A DNA stretch of 64,000 nt from a virus. Lineage: Duplodnaviria > Caudoviricetes. The notes under the pieces are model-generated. The model worked only from the letters and a program-made list of their open reading frames with translations, had not been told where the DNA came from and searched no databases. Position 1 is the first letter of the stretch. Each line of letters opens with the position of its first letter. The stretch is from positions 23,714 through 87,713 of the IMG/VR virus record IMGVR_UViG_2513237087_000004, one strand, 5' to 3'. Both the position numbers and the translations under genes were made by a program. This document shows, one piece after another, positions 44,019 through 53,442 of this stretch.

Positions 44019-45424
44019 GCGCGAAAAAGCCGGCGGACCAGATGAGCCCCTTCGAACGGCGGCTCTCCAATGGAGGGCGTGTCAGGAAGGTACAGATCGA
44101 ACCCGGTCCCCGCGCGGAACACATCCAGGGCTGCGGAAATCCCGAGTGCGCGATCTGCATGCCGAAAGACGGCTCCGGTGGCGAAGCTCTGTTTAATGAG
44201 GGGGACAACATGACTTTAAACGGCCCAAATGAGGAAGTGATCAAAATTCTTGCCGACGAGTTTTTCAGCCGCTCGTCGGATCGCTATGGCTTCACCGAAG
44301 CCCTTCGAATTATGAACCGGGCGTCGACTCCAAGAGATACGAAGCAGCAGGTGCGCGAGACCGAGCGGCGCCTCAGGGAGAAGGTGAAGCGCTTCTTCCT
44401 CAAGACGAAGCACAACGTCGGCTGGGACGACGTTGTCGGCAATCTGGACGCGCGGCGAGCGCTGCAGGAGGCGATCGAGCATCCGATCAAGCACCAGGAC
44501 CTGTATGCCCACTACGGCATGAAGCTCTCCAAGGGCGTCCTGCTCTACGGGCCGCCCGGCTGCGGCAAGACGATGTTCGGCAAGGCCGCCGCCAGCATTG
44601 TCGCGGAGCTGCACGGCAGCGCGGACCTTGAGCACACGATCCTCTCGATCAAGGGGCCGGAGATCCAGAGTCCCTATATCGGCGTGACCGAGGACATCAT
44701 CCGGAACATCTTCGCCTACGCCCGCGCCTTCAAGCAACTGCATGGCTTTCCGCTGGTGGCGTTCATCGATGAAGCCGACGCCATCATCCCCAGCCGGGAC
44801 GACACCAGCGGCCGGCGGGCCTTGCCTTGGGAGGAATCCAACGTCGCCACCTTCCTGACGGAGATGGACGGCCTGGATGACTCCGGAGCCTTCGTCATCC
44901 TGGCGACGAACCGCCCTGATCGGATCGATGCTGCCGTGCTGCGCGACGGGCGCTGTGATCGGAAGATCCGGGTCCAGCGTCCGGACATCGAGGGCGTCAC
45001 CGCCATCGCCGCGCGGCAACTGGCCGGCGCTCCGCTTGCCTTCCACATGCTCCCGCAGACGGCCGCTTCTTACCTGGCTGACAGCGTCTTCGACACCGAA
45101 CTCAAACTGTTCCGCATCCGCCATGCCGGCGGCCCCAGCTTCTTGCATCTCGGTGACATCGTCAGCGGGGCGATGGTGGTGGGGCTCGTGGAGCGTGCAA
45201 AGACGAATGCGTTTCAGCGCGACATGGCCAGTGGCGGCACGCCGAGTGGCATCTCCCTCAACGACATCAAAGCCGCCGTGCTCGCCGTGTTCGCCGAGAA
45301 CAAGGGCCTGAACCAGTCCTATGCGCTGGATGAGTTCTGCACCGCGCACGGCATCGACGAGGCGGTGATCGAGAAGTTCGAGCCGCTGATGCTCTCCGCG
45401 TCTGGCAACGCAGTCAAGCACTGA
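44015..45424 (+). CDS. Classic-clade AAA+ ATPase resembling ARC/Mpa
   Basis: KGVLLYGPPGCGKT, IKGPEI, FIDEAD, ATNRPDRIDAAVLRDGR, VSGAMVVGLVERAK...VFAEN. Confidence 0.85.
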   Translation: MSAKKPADQMSPFERRLSNGGRVRKVQIEPGPRAEHIQGCGNPECAICMPKDGSGGEALFNEGDNMTLNGPNEEVIKILADEFFSRSSDRYGFTEALRIMNRASTPRDTKQQVRETERRLREKVKRFFLKTKHNVGWDDVVGNLDARRALQEAIEHPIKHQDLYAHYGMKLSKGVLLYGPPGCGKTMFGKAAASIVAELHGSADLEHTILSIKGPEIQSPYIGVTEDIIRNIFAYARAFKQLHGFPLVAFIDEADAIIPSRDDTSGRRALPWEESNVATFLTEMDGLDDSGAFVILATNRPDRIDAAVLRDGRCDRKIRVQRPDIEGVTAIAARQLAGAPLAFHMLPQTAASYLADSVFDTELKLFRIRHAGGPSFLHLGDIVSGAMVVGLVERAKTNAFQRDMASGGTPSGISLNDIKAAVLAVFAENKGLNQSYALDEFCTAHGIDEAVIEKFEPLMLSASGNAVKH

Positions 45425-45433
45425 AGGCACCCG

Positions 45434-46558
45434 ATGAAACTCACGATCGCTCGCGACGAGTTGCTCTTCGGCCTGGACCGCATCGTCCGCATCGTCGAGC
45501 GCCGGAACACCATCCCGATCCTCGCCAACGTGCGCCTGGCCGCGCTCGGCGACGCCCTGGAACTGTCCGCCACGGATCTGGACCTGCAGGCGACCACGAG
45601 GCTACCGGCATCGGTCGGGAGCACGGGCGAGACGACGCTGCCGGCGGTGACCTTCACGGATTTCGTGAAGAAGCTTCCTGCGGGCGCCGACGTGACCATT
45701 GAGACCGGCAAGACCGAGAGCCAGATGGTCATCAAGTCGGGGCGGTCGAAGGCGACACTCCTGACGCAGCCCTCGTCGGACTTTCCGGATCTGAATGTCG
45801 CGGACTGCCCTTGGGAGGTGGAGATCCCCGCGACCGTACTGAGCCAGATGTTCGAGAAGCTCGCCTTCGCGATCTCGACGGAAGAGGCCAGATACTATCT
45901 GAACGGCATCTATTTCCACGGCTTGCAACTGGGCGAGAAGCGCATCCTCCGAGGCGTGGCCACCGATGGGCATCGACTGTCGCAGCATGACCTGGTGGAT
46001 ATCGCCGCACCAGCGGGGATGCCGGGCATCATCATCCCCAGGAAGACCGTTGCTGAGATCTCGCGGCTGACGAAGGGGCGGGGGAAGGAACTGATCAAGC
46101 TCCAGATCAGCGCCACCAAGCTGAAGGTCACCACCGGCACCACCGTTCTGGCGTCCAAGCTGATCGACGGCACATTCCCCGACTACACGCGCGTCGTGCC
46201 GCAGGGCAACAACCTGGTGGCCATCATCGACAGGGTCGACTTCGCCGCGGCCGTCGATCGCGTCGCGACCATGAGCAGCGAACGGAGCCGGGCCGTCAAA
46301 TTCTCGTTCAAGCCGGGGCGGGTGGAGATCTCCGTGACCTCCCCCGATATGGGCAGTGCGATCGAGGAAATGGACGTCGACTACGATGGTGACAGCATCG
46401 ATATCGGCTTCAACGCCAACTACGCGCTCGACATCCTCGGTGCCACTGAGTCCGACAATATCAGGGTCGCGATGGCCGACGCCGGCAGCCCGACCACGTT
46501 CCAAGCGTCTACCGACGGAGCCCCGTCGCTATTCGTGCTCATGCCGATGAGGGTCTGA
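45434..46558 (+). CDS. dnaN: DNA polymerase III beta sliding clamp
   Basis: ERRNTIPILANV, ATDLD, STEEARYYLNG, ATDGHRL, SKLIDGTFPDY, IGFNANY, VLMPMRV. Confidence 0.95.
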   Translation: MKLTIARDELLFGLDRIVRIVERRNTIPILANVRLAALGDALELSATDLDLQATTRLPASVGSTGETTLPAVTFTDFVKKLPAGADVTIETGKTESQMVIKSGRSKATLLTQPSSDFPDLNVADCPWEVEIPATVLSQMFEKLAFAISTEEARYYLNGIYFHGLQLGEKRILRGVATDGHRLSQHDLVDIAAPAGMPGIIIPRKTVAEISRLTKGRGKELIKLQISATKLKVTTGTTVLASKLIDGTFPDYTRVVPQGNNLVAIIDRVDFAAAVDRVATMSSERSRAVKFSFKPGRVEISVTSPDMGSAIEEMDVDYDGDSIDIGFNANYALDILGATESDNIRVAMADAGSPTTFQASTDGAPSLFVLMPMRV

Positions 46559-46560
46559 GC

Positions 46561-46761
46561 ATGATCGGCACCATCATCATCGCCCTGATCGGCTACGGCG
46601 TGACGGCGTTCTTCGTGCTGGGCGCATTCTACGCGCTGCTGAAGTATGGCGCAGCGCCGGCCGGTAGCGACGTCGAGAAGATGAACGGCTCCGCCGTGCT
46701 GCCGCTGCTCGGGGTGGCGGTGATCATCGCCTTCTTCACACGCCTCCTGGCGGGAGTCTGA
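46561..46761 (+). CDS. Small two-TM membrane protein
   Basis: Two hydrophobic helices. Confidence 0.6.
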   Translation: MIGTIIIALIGYGVTAFFVLGAFYALLKYGAAPAGSDVEKMNGSAVLPLLGVAVIIAFFTRLLAGV

Positions 46762-46764
46762 GCC

Positions 46765-46956
46765 ATGGCTGTTCTCGTTTGGATGCCCGGACTTCGCGGG
46801 CCCACGCCGCAGAGATGGGATGAGCTGCCGCACAAGGACTATGCGGGAGTGATGCACCGCGTGCTCGCGCAGTATCCGCTCCCGGCGGATGAAGCGCGCA
46901 TGCCGCTCGATCAGCTCGCTGCGCGCTATCCCGCGCCGGCGCCGGTGCCACGGTGA
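46765..46956 (+). CDS. Small hypothetical protein
   Basis: MAVLVWMPGLRGPTPQRW...LDQLAARYP. Confidence 0.6.
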   Translation: MAVLVWMPGLRGPTPQRWDELPHKDYAGVMHRVLAQYPLPADEARMPLDQLAARYPAPAPVPR

Positions 46957-47168
46957 TGCGTACCTTTTTCCAGGACTTTGCCCTCGACGACGGGCGCACC
47001 GCGACCGTCGAGTGGGGCTGGAGCGGAGCCGAGAACAGCGTGCTCGTCGTGAGCGCCTGGATCACCGCGACCGAGGAAGACGTCGATTTAAACTGCAATG
47101 AGAGCGAACGCTTCGAGGACGTGGTGCTCGCTCTGTCCCCCTTCCCTCCTCATGAGGACTGCGACTAA
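46953..47168 (+). CDS. Small hypothetical protein
   Basis: Coupled on both sides. Confidence 0.55.
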   Translation: MMRTFFQDFALDDGRTATVEWGWSGAENSVLVVSAWITATEEDVDLNCNESERFEDVVLALSPFPPHEDCD

Positions 47169-49213
47169 TGAGCACCGACACCTACGAACGGGCCGACGTC
47201 ATTGCCGCGGCGGCGGATGCTGCCAAGGCCCACGGCGAGTTCCACGACTTTGCCAACGCCATCGAGCGCCGATTCCGCGAGATGGCGGGCGGAGAGCTCT
47301 ATGCCGTCGACGCCGGCGACCTCTTCAGCGTCTATCTGGCGGCCTACCCGGATGGCACCAACCCGATCTTCCGGGTGCGCACGGAACACGACTGCTCGTG
47401 CTGCAAGAATTTCGTGCGCAATGTCGGGCATCTGGTTTCCCTCCAGTGTGGCCAGATCAGCACCGTCTGGGACGTGGCCGGCCTGGAATATCCCTTCGAC
47501 GTGGTGGCCGCCAAGCTCGCTGAGCATGTGCTGTCCAGGCCGATCTCGACGGTGTTCCGCACGAAGGAGTTCAAATTCGGCGCCCACCATACGAACGAGC
47601 TCCGTGAGGAAGGTGTCACGCGCCGCTGGCATCACTTCTTCTGCGACGTACCGAGCCGGTTCCGGTCCGATGCGCCCGATGCCGCCCGCGGTGAGGTCGG
47701 GGCGACCGCGCAGGTGCTCCGGCGGGGCCTCGAGGAACTCTCCGCCGACAGCATCGAGACCGTCGTCGACCTGATCCAGGACAATGCGCTGTATCGTGGC
47801 GCGGAGTTCGAGCACCAGGTGCTGGAGTTCCTCAACCTTCATGCGCGCTATCCCCGCGAGAGATCGGCCAGCGAGAAGGATGCCTTCATCTGGGCCCACG
47901 TCGGAAGACCCGCGGCGCGCTTCCGCAACACCGTGATTGGGACCCTCGTGCAGGACATCGCCGCCGGTGTCGATCTGGACCACGCCGTGCGCTCCTACGA
48001 GGCCAAGGTGGCGCCGCAGAACTACAAGCGCCCGACCGCGCTCATCACGCCGAGGATGATCAGCGATGCCATCACCAAGCTGAAGGATCTGGGCCTCGAG
48101 AGCGCCGTCGAGCGCCGCTTCGCCCGGATGTCGGATGTCTCGGTGAACAACGTCCTGTTCGTCGACAACTCGGTCCGCGGGGCGATGAAGGACGGCCTGG
48201 CCGGCCTGCTGATGGAAGCGGTCAAGCCGGTCATGAACGACGTCAAGGGCGCCGAGCCGATCGCCATCGAGGAGTTTCTCTCCCGGATCGTGCCGCAGGC
48301 CACCTCCATCGGCTTGCTGCTGGAGAACAAGCATCTCCAGAACTTCATGAGCCTGACGGCGCCGGTCCATGCCGATGCTGGAAAGCTGTTCAAATGGGGT
48401 AACGGGTTCGCATGGTCCTACGACGGCGATGCGGCGGACTCGATCAAGCAGCGCGTGAAGCGTGCCGGCGGCAATGTCGATGCCGATCTGCGCGTCTCGC
48501 TGGCCTGGTTCAACACCGACGACCTCGATCTTCACGTGATCGAGCCCTCCGGCCGGCACGTCTTCTATGGCGACAAGTGCGGCATCCTCGACGTCGATAT
48601 GAACGTCAGCAACCTGGTCCGTGATCCGGTGGAGAATCTCTCCTGGGTGCGCCCGCTGCGCGACGGCCGGTACCTGATCCAAGTCCATCAGTTCACGCGC
48701 CGGGAGTCGATCGACATCGGTTTCGTGCTCGAGGTCGAACACCGCGGCAAGGTGGACACTTTCACCTATGAGCGCGCAGTGAGCGGCCTCGTCAATGCCC
48801 TCTCCCTTGAGGTGCTGCACGGCACTCTGGCGATGACCGGCATCGGCGCGGGTCTGAAGTCTGGATCGCTGTCGCAAGAGAAGTGGGGCGTCAAGACCGG
48901 AACGCTGGTCCCCGTCGATACGCTGATGGCGAGCCCGAACCACTGGGATGGCCAGGCCACCGGGAACAAGCACTGGTTCTTCTTCCTCAAGGACTGCCGC
49001 AACCCCTCGCCGGCCCGCGGCATCTACAACGAATTCCTGTCGCCGGCCCTCGACCCGCACAGGAAGGTCTTCGAGGTGCTCGGCGCCAAGTCGAAGTGCG
49101 CCCCGGAAACCGAGCAACTCTCAGGCGTCGGCTTCTCCTCCACCCGTCACGACCAGGTGACCGTGGTGGCGAAGGGGGACTGCATCAACAAGGCATTCGC
49201 CATCACTTTCTGA
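47168..49213 (+). CDS. Large conserved phage protein (681 aa) with Cys cluster and YfaP/DUF2135-like segment
   Basis: EHDCSCCKNFVRNVG; DLRVSLAWFNTDDLDLHVIEPSG...LDVDMN...PVEN. Confidence 0.8.
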   Translation: MSTDTYERADVIAAAADAAKAHGEFHDFANAIERRFREMAGGELYAVDAGDLFSVYLAAYPDGTNPIFRVRTEHDCSCCKNFVRNVGHLVSLQCGQISTVWDVAGLEYPFDVVAAKLAEHVLSRPISTVFRTKEFKFGAHHTNELREEGVTRRWHHFFCDVPSRFRSDAPDAARGEVGATAQVLRRGLEELSADSIETVVDLIQDNALYRGAEFEHQVLEFLNLHARYPRERSASEKDAFIWAHVGRPAARFRNTVIGTLVQDIAAGVDLDHAVRSYEAKVAPQNYKRPTALITPRMISDAITKLKDLGLESAVERRFARMSDVSVNNVLFVDNSVRGAMKDGLAGLLMEAVKPVMNDVKGAEPIAIEEFLSRIVPQATSIGLLLENKHLQNFMSLTAPVHADAGKLFKWGNGFAWSYDGDAADSIKQRVKRAGGNVDADLRVSLAWFNTDDLDLHVIEPSGRHVFYGDKCGILDVDMNVSNLVRDPVENLSWVRPLRDGRYLIQVHQFTRRESIDIGFVLEVEHRGKVDTFTYERAVSGLVNALSLEVLHGTLAMTGIGAGLKSGSLSQEKWGVKTGTLVPVDTLMASPNHWDGQATGNKHWFFFLKDCRNPSPARGIYNEFLSPALDPHRKVFEVLGAKSKCAPETEQLSGVGFSSTRHDQVTVVAKGDCINKAFAITF

Positions 49214-49224
49214 GGAGAGGGACC

Positions 49225-49647
49225 ATGAGCATTTTCGAAACCGCGGCCCGCAAGAAGTTCCGCTTTCCCTCGATCAAGGGCGAACTCACCGCCGAACAGG
49301 TCTGGGATCTTCCCCTTGTCGCGTGCGGACCCATCCGCGACGTCAAGGCCGACCTCGACGGCGTGGCCAGGACCATCAACACCGAACTTCGGAGCATCTC
49401 CGAGGATTCCTTCGTCTCGATCGCGCCGGATTCGCGCAAGGCCGATCTGGAAATCAAGCTCGACATCGTGAAGCACATCATCACCGCCAAGCTGAAGGAG
49501 GCGGACGAGAAGAACGCCGCCACCGCGCGCCTGGAGAAGCGGCGCAAGCTGGTCGACGCACTCGCCTCCAAGGAGGACGCGGCGCTCGCGAGCATGTCGC
49601 GGGAAGACATCCTCAAGGAGCTCGCCGCGATCGACGGCGGAGCGTGA
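49225..49647 (+). CDS. Conserved coiled-coil phage protein, partner of the 681-aa gene
   Basis: FETAARKKFRFPS...EQVWDLPL...KLDIVKHII. Confidence 0.78.
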   Translation: MSIFETAARKKFRFPSIKGELTAEQVWDLPLVACGPIRDVKADLDGVARTINTELRSISEDSFVSIAPDSRKADLEIKLDIVKHIITAKLKEADEKNAATARLEKRRKLVDALASKEDAALASMSREDILKELAAIDGGA

Positions 49648-49905
49648 CCGGCAGCGACCACATGCTGCTGTTCTCCCTGCTCATCTGCGCCTTCGTCGCG
49701 CCGATCATCGAGGACGTGAGGGGTCTGGTGGTGAAGGTCCCCCTCCTGTCCTGTCGAGGCCCGCCGCAACGGTGCCGGACACAACTCGTGTCGACCGCCC
49801 AGCACCGCGAGAAGGCCGTGGGATTAGCCAGGCACGGCAAGCCATTAAATCCGGCGGAGCGTTGCGGCGCTCCGCCATCAGCAGAACGAGATTGGAACAA
49901 GCCAC

Positions 49906-50526
49906 ATGGCCGAGATCACCAGCACCTACGAGATGGCCGAGAACGAATGGGACAGCGGGTCTGAACCTCGGGACGTGCCCACCAGCATGGTGGCGACCAC
50001 GGAGAGGGAGCACGTCGGGATCGAGTTCCATGTCTCGATGCGCGACTACACCAAGCGCGACATGGATGACCTCATCGTCGAAGCTGCCGCTCGCCTCATC
50101 GTCGGCAACTACGGCACCAACAAGCTCGCGAAGCTGATCGAGGAGCGCTGCGTCGCGCTCACGGTGGAGAAGGTCGATCAGCATCTCGCAGGGATTACCG
50201 CCGAGATCATCGATCAGCCCGTCACGCCGGCCTTCGGCGACAAGAAGCCGGTCACGATGCGCGAATTCATCGGGCTCTACGGACGAGAATACCTGACCGA
50301 GCGCGTGGATAGCGAGGGCAAGCCGACCCGCGATTCCTACCGCTCCGAGCCCCGCATCACGTGGCTGGCCAACCGGCACATGGCCAGGACCTTCACGACC
50401 GAGATCGAGAAGGCCACCAACGCGGCCATCGTGGAGATCCGCGCGCTCATCAACGCGAAGCACAAGGAGGCGCTGGAGGCCGAAAAGGCGCGCATCCGCG
50501 ATGCCCTGGCAAGGGTGACGGCTTGA
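49906..50526 (+). CDS. Hypothetical protein
   Basis: 206 aa, typical codon usage. Confidence 0.7.
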   Translation: MAEITSTYEMAENEWDSGSEPRDVPTSMVATTEREHVGIEFHVSMRDYTKRDMDDLIVEAAARLIVGNYGTNKLAKLIEERCVALTVEKVDQHLAGITAEIIDQPVTPAFGDKKPVTMREFIGLYGREYLTERVDSEGKPTRDSYRSEPRITWLANRHMARTFTTEIEKATNAAIVEIRALINAKHKEALEAEKARIRDALARVTA

Positions 50527-50544
50527 GCGTTGGAGGGCACGCCC

Positions 50545-50811
50545 ATGGCTGAGCACATGATCCGCTGCGGCGACCATGTCCACCACACCCCATCCGACGA
50601 AACATGGGTGGTGGCCTGGGCTGATTACGCGACCAATGACCTCGCATGGTGCGGTTGGCCGAATGGCATAGCGCGCCTGTCCGACTGCACGCTGGTCAAG
50701 GCGGCGACGGACGACGAACACGCCGAACTGCTGGCGCGCGTCCTGGACTGCGGCGACAGCCGCGCCAGCACCGCCCGCCGCCTCTACGTGCGGGAGGCGG
50801 CCCATGGCTGA
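50545..50811 (+). CDS. Conserved phage hypothetical protein
   Basis: GDHVHHTPSDETWVVAWAD...WCGWP. Confidence 0.7.
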   Translation: MAEHMIRCGDHVHHTPSDETWVVAWADYATNDLAWCGWPNGIARLSDCTLVKAATDDEHAELLARVLDCGDSRASTARRLYVREAAHG

Positions 50812-51160
50812 GACCAAGTACTTCGATCCCCGCGTTCTCGCCTCCATCACGAGCGGAACGCTGATGATCGATGATTTCGGTGCGGCTCATGCCGCCATCG
50901 AATTCATCGTTGGGCATCAGGTATGGACGCATGAGATTCCGCAGATGTCGCGAGCGATCACGCCGGAAATCGTGACGCAATACCCTGACATGCCAACCAC
51001 CCATCCGGAGGACTGGCGGGCCTGTGCTGACGGACTGCTCGCGAAGTACGGTGCAGCCATCCCGATGGTCTCTGGCAATCGGCAGCGCGGTGCATCGCCC
51101 CTTGACACGCTGAATGAAGCGCTACGTCGGCCCGCAGGTGCAGGAGGCGCCAATGACTGA
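50804..51160 (+). CDS. Conserved phage hypothetical protein
   Basis: LASITSGTLM...EFIVGHQVWTHEIP. Confidence 0.7.
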   Translation: MAETKYFDPRVLASITSGTLMIDDFGAAHAAIEFIVGHQVWTHEIPQMSRAITPEIVTQYPDMPTTHPEDWRACADGLLAKYGAAIPMVSGNRQRGASPLDTLNEALRRPAGAGGAND

Positions 51161-51506
51161 GCCCGCCTTCGCTGCTCCGGAGCACGCCTCCGACCTCTAC
51201 CGCCTTCCGTCCGGCGACTGGATCCAGATCCAGAACATCGACGGCGCGCGGATCAGCAATAAGCCGAACCGGCAGACGGGCGAGATGGGCGCGCAAGTCC
51301 ACCTCAACGTGGCCGGATCCTGGCACACCGTCATGTTCGATGAGATCGCCGATGCCGAGGTGTGGCTGGCCGCGATCGTCCAATACCGCAACGACCTGCT
51401 GCGCCCCCGGTCCAGCAAGAGCGCCACGCGCGCCGAGGCGCTGCAAATGGTGGCCGGCCTGCACAGCCGCCACCGTCCCACGCAAGACGAAGACGGGGAC
51501 TCCTGA
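51153..51506 (+). CDS. Hypothetical protein
   Basis: AGGAGG RBS; TGATG coupling. Confidence 0.6.
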   Translation: MTEPAFAAPEHASDLYRLPSGDWIQIQNIDGARISNKPNRQTGEMGAQVHLNVAGSWHTVMFDEIADAEVWLAAIVQYRNDLLRPRSSKSATRAEALQMVAGLHSRHRPTQDEDGDS

Positions 51507-52612
51507 TGGCCGGAAAGTCAAAGATCGAATGGTGCACCGACACATGGAATCCCATCGTCGGTTGCTCGGTCACCTCGCCCGGCTGCACCAACTGCTACGC
51601 CATGTCGATGGCGCGGCGGATCGAAGCCATGCAACCCGGCTCGCACTATGCCGGCACCACGCAGGTGGTGAAGGGCAATCCGGTCTGGACCGGTAAAGTC
51701 GCGCTCGCACCCGAGCACATCCTCACCCAGCCGCTGAGCTGGCGGCGCGGCCGGAAGATCTTCGTCAATTCCATGGGTGACCTCTTTCATGAGGATGTCA
51801 CCGACGAATGGATCGACTGCGTTTTCGCGGTGATGGCGCTGGCGCCGCACCACACTTTCCAGGTGCTCACGAAGCGCGCCGCACGGATGCGGGCTTATAT
51901 GTCCGACCCGAGCGTTGTCCGCCGCGTCTATGAGCTCGCCTGCGATATGGCTGTCGCGATGCGGCTGGCAGTCGTCCTGATCGCTGACCCGGCACATGAC
52001 AAGTTTGCACCACCCGGCGTGCGGATCCGTCTTGGCTTATGGCCGCTCCCGAAGGTCTGGCTTGGCGTTTCGGCCGAGGACCAGCGCCGGGCCGATGAGC
52101 GGGTGCCGGATCTGCTGGCGACGCCGGCGGCCGTGCGTTTCGTCAGCGCCGAGCCGCTGCTGGGGCAGCTCGTCTTTCGGCAGTGGCTATCGTTCGACCA
52201 GCCGTGCCGCGGATGCGGCTACGCGGGTGCATTAGGGGGCGCGTTCCCTCGCCGCGACGCTCAATGCCCAAGGTGCGGCATCATCCACACAACCATCGAC
52301 TGGATCATCGTAGGCGGCGAGAGCGGCCCCGGCGCGCGGCCGATGCATCCTGACTGGGCTCGGGCCATTCGCGACCGATGCGCGACTGCCGGCGTCCCGT
52401 TCTTTTTCAAGCAGTGGGGAGAGTGGGCGCCGCCGAGCGTGTTGTTCGCGGACACGCTCGCCAACTGCCGGCTTCAGGCGCGCGCAGAGGCCAATCCTTC
52501 ATTGGTGCACGTCTTCCCTGACGGGTTGAACATGGGTCGGATCGGCAAGCGCTCCGCCGGCCGGCTGCTGGACGGGCGCGAGCACAACGGCATGCCGGAG
52601 ATGCGCTCATGA
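51506..52612 (+). CDS. Phage gp37/gp68 (DUF5131) family protein
   Basis: KSKIEWCTDTWNPIVGC...PGCTNCYA, FVNSMGDLFHE, FQVLTKR, WIIVGGESG, FFFKQWG. Confidence 0.9.
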   Translation: MAGKSKIEWCTDTWNPIVGCSVTSPGCTNCYAMSMARRIEAMQPGSHYAGTTQVVKGNPVWTGKVALAPEHILTQPLSWRRGRKIFVNSMGDLFHEDVTDEWIDCVFAVMALAPHHTFQVLTKRAARMRAYMSDPSVVRRVYELACDMAVAMRLAVVLIADPAHDKFAPPGVRIRLGLWPLPKVWLGVSAEDQRRADERVPDLLATPAAVRFVSAEPLLGQLVFRQWLSFDQPCRGCGYAGALGGAFPRRDAQCPRCGIIHTTIDWIIVGGESGPGARPMHPDWARAIRDRCATAGVPFFFKQWGEWAPPSVLFADTLANCRLQARAEANPSLVHVFPDGLNMGRIGKRSAGRLLDGREHNGMPEMRS

Positions 52613-53442
52613 ACGCGCAGCAGATCCTCGCGGTCCCCCCGACCGATTACGCCCGGCTGTTCCCGGCCGCGGACACGATCCGCGCCGTCTACCACGATCT
52701 CCTGTTTGCTTGGCACCCCGACCGTCAGCCCGATCCCCAGGCAGCCGCGGTCACCGCGCACCTGAAGATGCTCCACGACGAAGCGTGCAAGGCGCGGGAT
52801 GCCGGCAACTGGACAGAGCCGAACACGCTCCGCCTCCAGGCGGACGGTCGCCAGTTCGTCTTCCGCTTCCAGCGCAAGGTGGCAACGCCCGCCGGCAACC
52901 TTCATGTCGGGCTCGCGCGCCTCGCCGTCGTGTCCGATGCCGGGATGGATGACCTGGTGCGCCACGCGCGCAAGGTCGCCGCCGGCTTGCCGCCCCTGCC
53001 CCGCGCGATGACATCGGAGTTCCTTCCGCTGCTGCCGGGGACCTACCAGCCGACGCAATCGGCCGGACGGGAGGGCTACACCTTCAAGATGGACCCGCGG
53101 GCGGTCCGAGTGCGCGATCTCCTCGACAAGACGGGCGGGCTCGACACCGTTGCCGCCTTGGTGGATGACCTCACGGACCCCTCCACAAAGTCGGATGGCA
53201 ACCGGCAGGTGCGACGCGCGATCGACCGTGCCCACTCGGCGAAGGCGTCCCCAGCAGCCAAGACCGTAAAGTTGGCGGACATCATCGACAACACGACATC
53301 CATCGTCCGGCACGACCGCAGCTTCGCCAGGCTCTACCGCTCGGAGATCGAGATGCTGTTGCCGCTCCTCGCGGAAGGCGACACCAGCCTTCACGCGCGA
53401 GCATCCGCGCAGGTGGCGTCGGCGATGGAGAATTGCAGATGA
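52609..53442 (+). CDS. Chimera: J-domain N-terminus fused to the C-terminal half of an HD/(p)ppGpp-hydrolase-like domain
   Basis: AWHPDR (J-domain HPD); VAALVDDLTD...KTVKLADIIDN (SpoT-HD-like C-half) without the HD motif. Confidence 0.65.
   Translation: MNAQQILAVPPTDYARLFPAADTIRAVYHDLLFAWHPDRQPDPQAAAVTAHLKMLHDEACKARDAGNWTEPNTLRLQADGRQFVFRFQRKVATPAGNLHVGLARLAVVSDAGMDDLVRHARKVAAGLPPLPRAMTSEFLPLLPGTYQPTQSAGREGYTFKMDPRAVRVRDLLDKTGGLDTVAALVDDLTDPSTKSDGNRQVRRAIDRAHSAKASPAAKTVKLADIIDNTTSIVRHDRSFARLYRSEIEMLLPLLAEGDTSLHARASAQVASAMENCR

Noticed and set aside
44193-44219. CtrA box (two TTAA)
   Set aside because: Half sites are 19 bp apart rather than 7 and lie within a CDS
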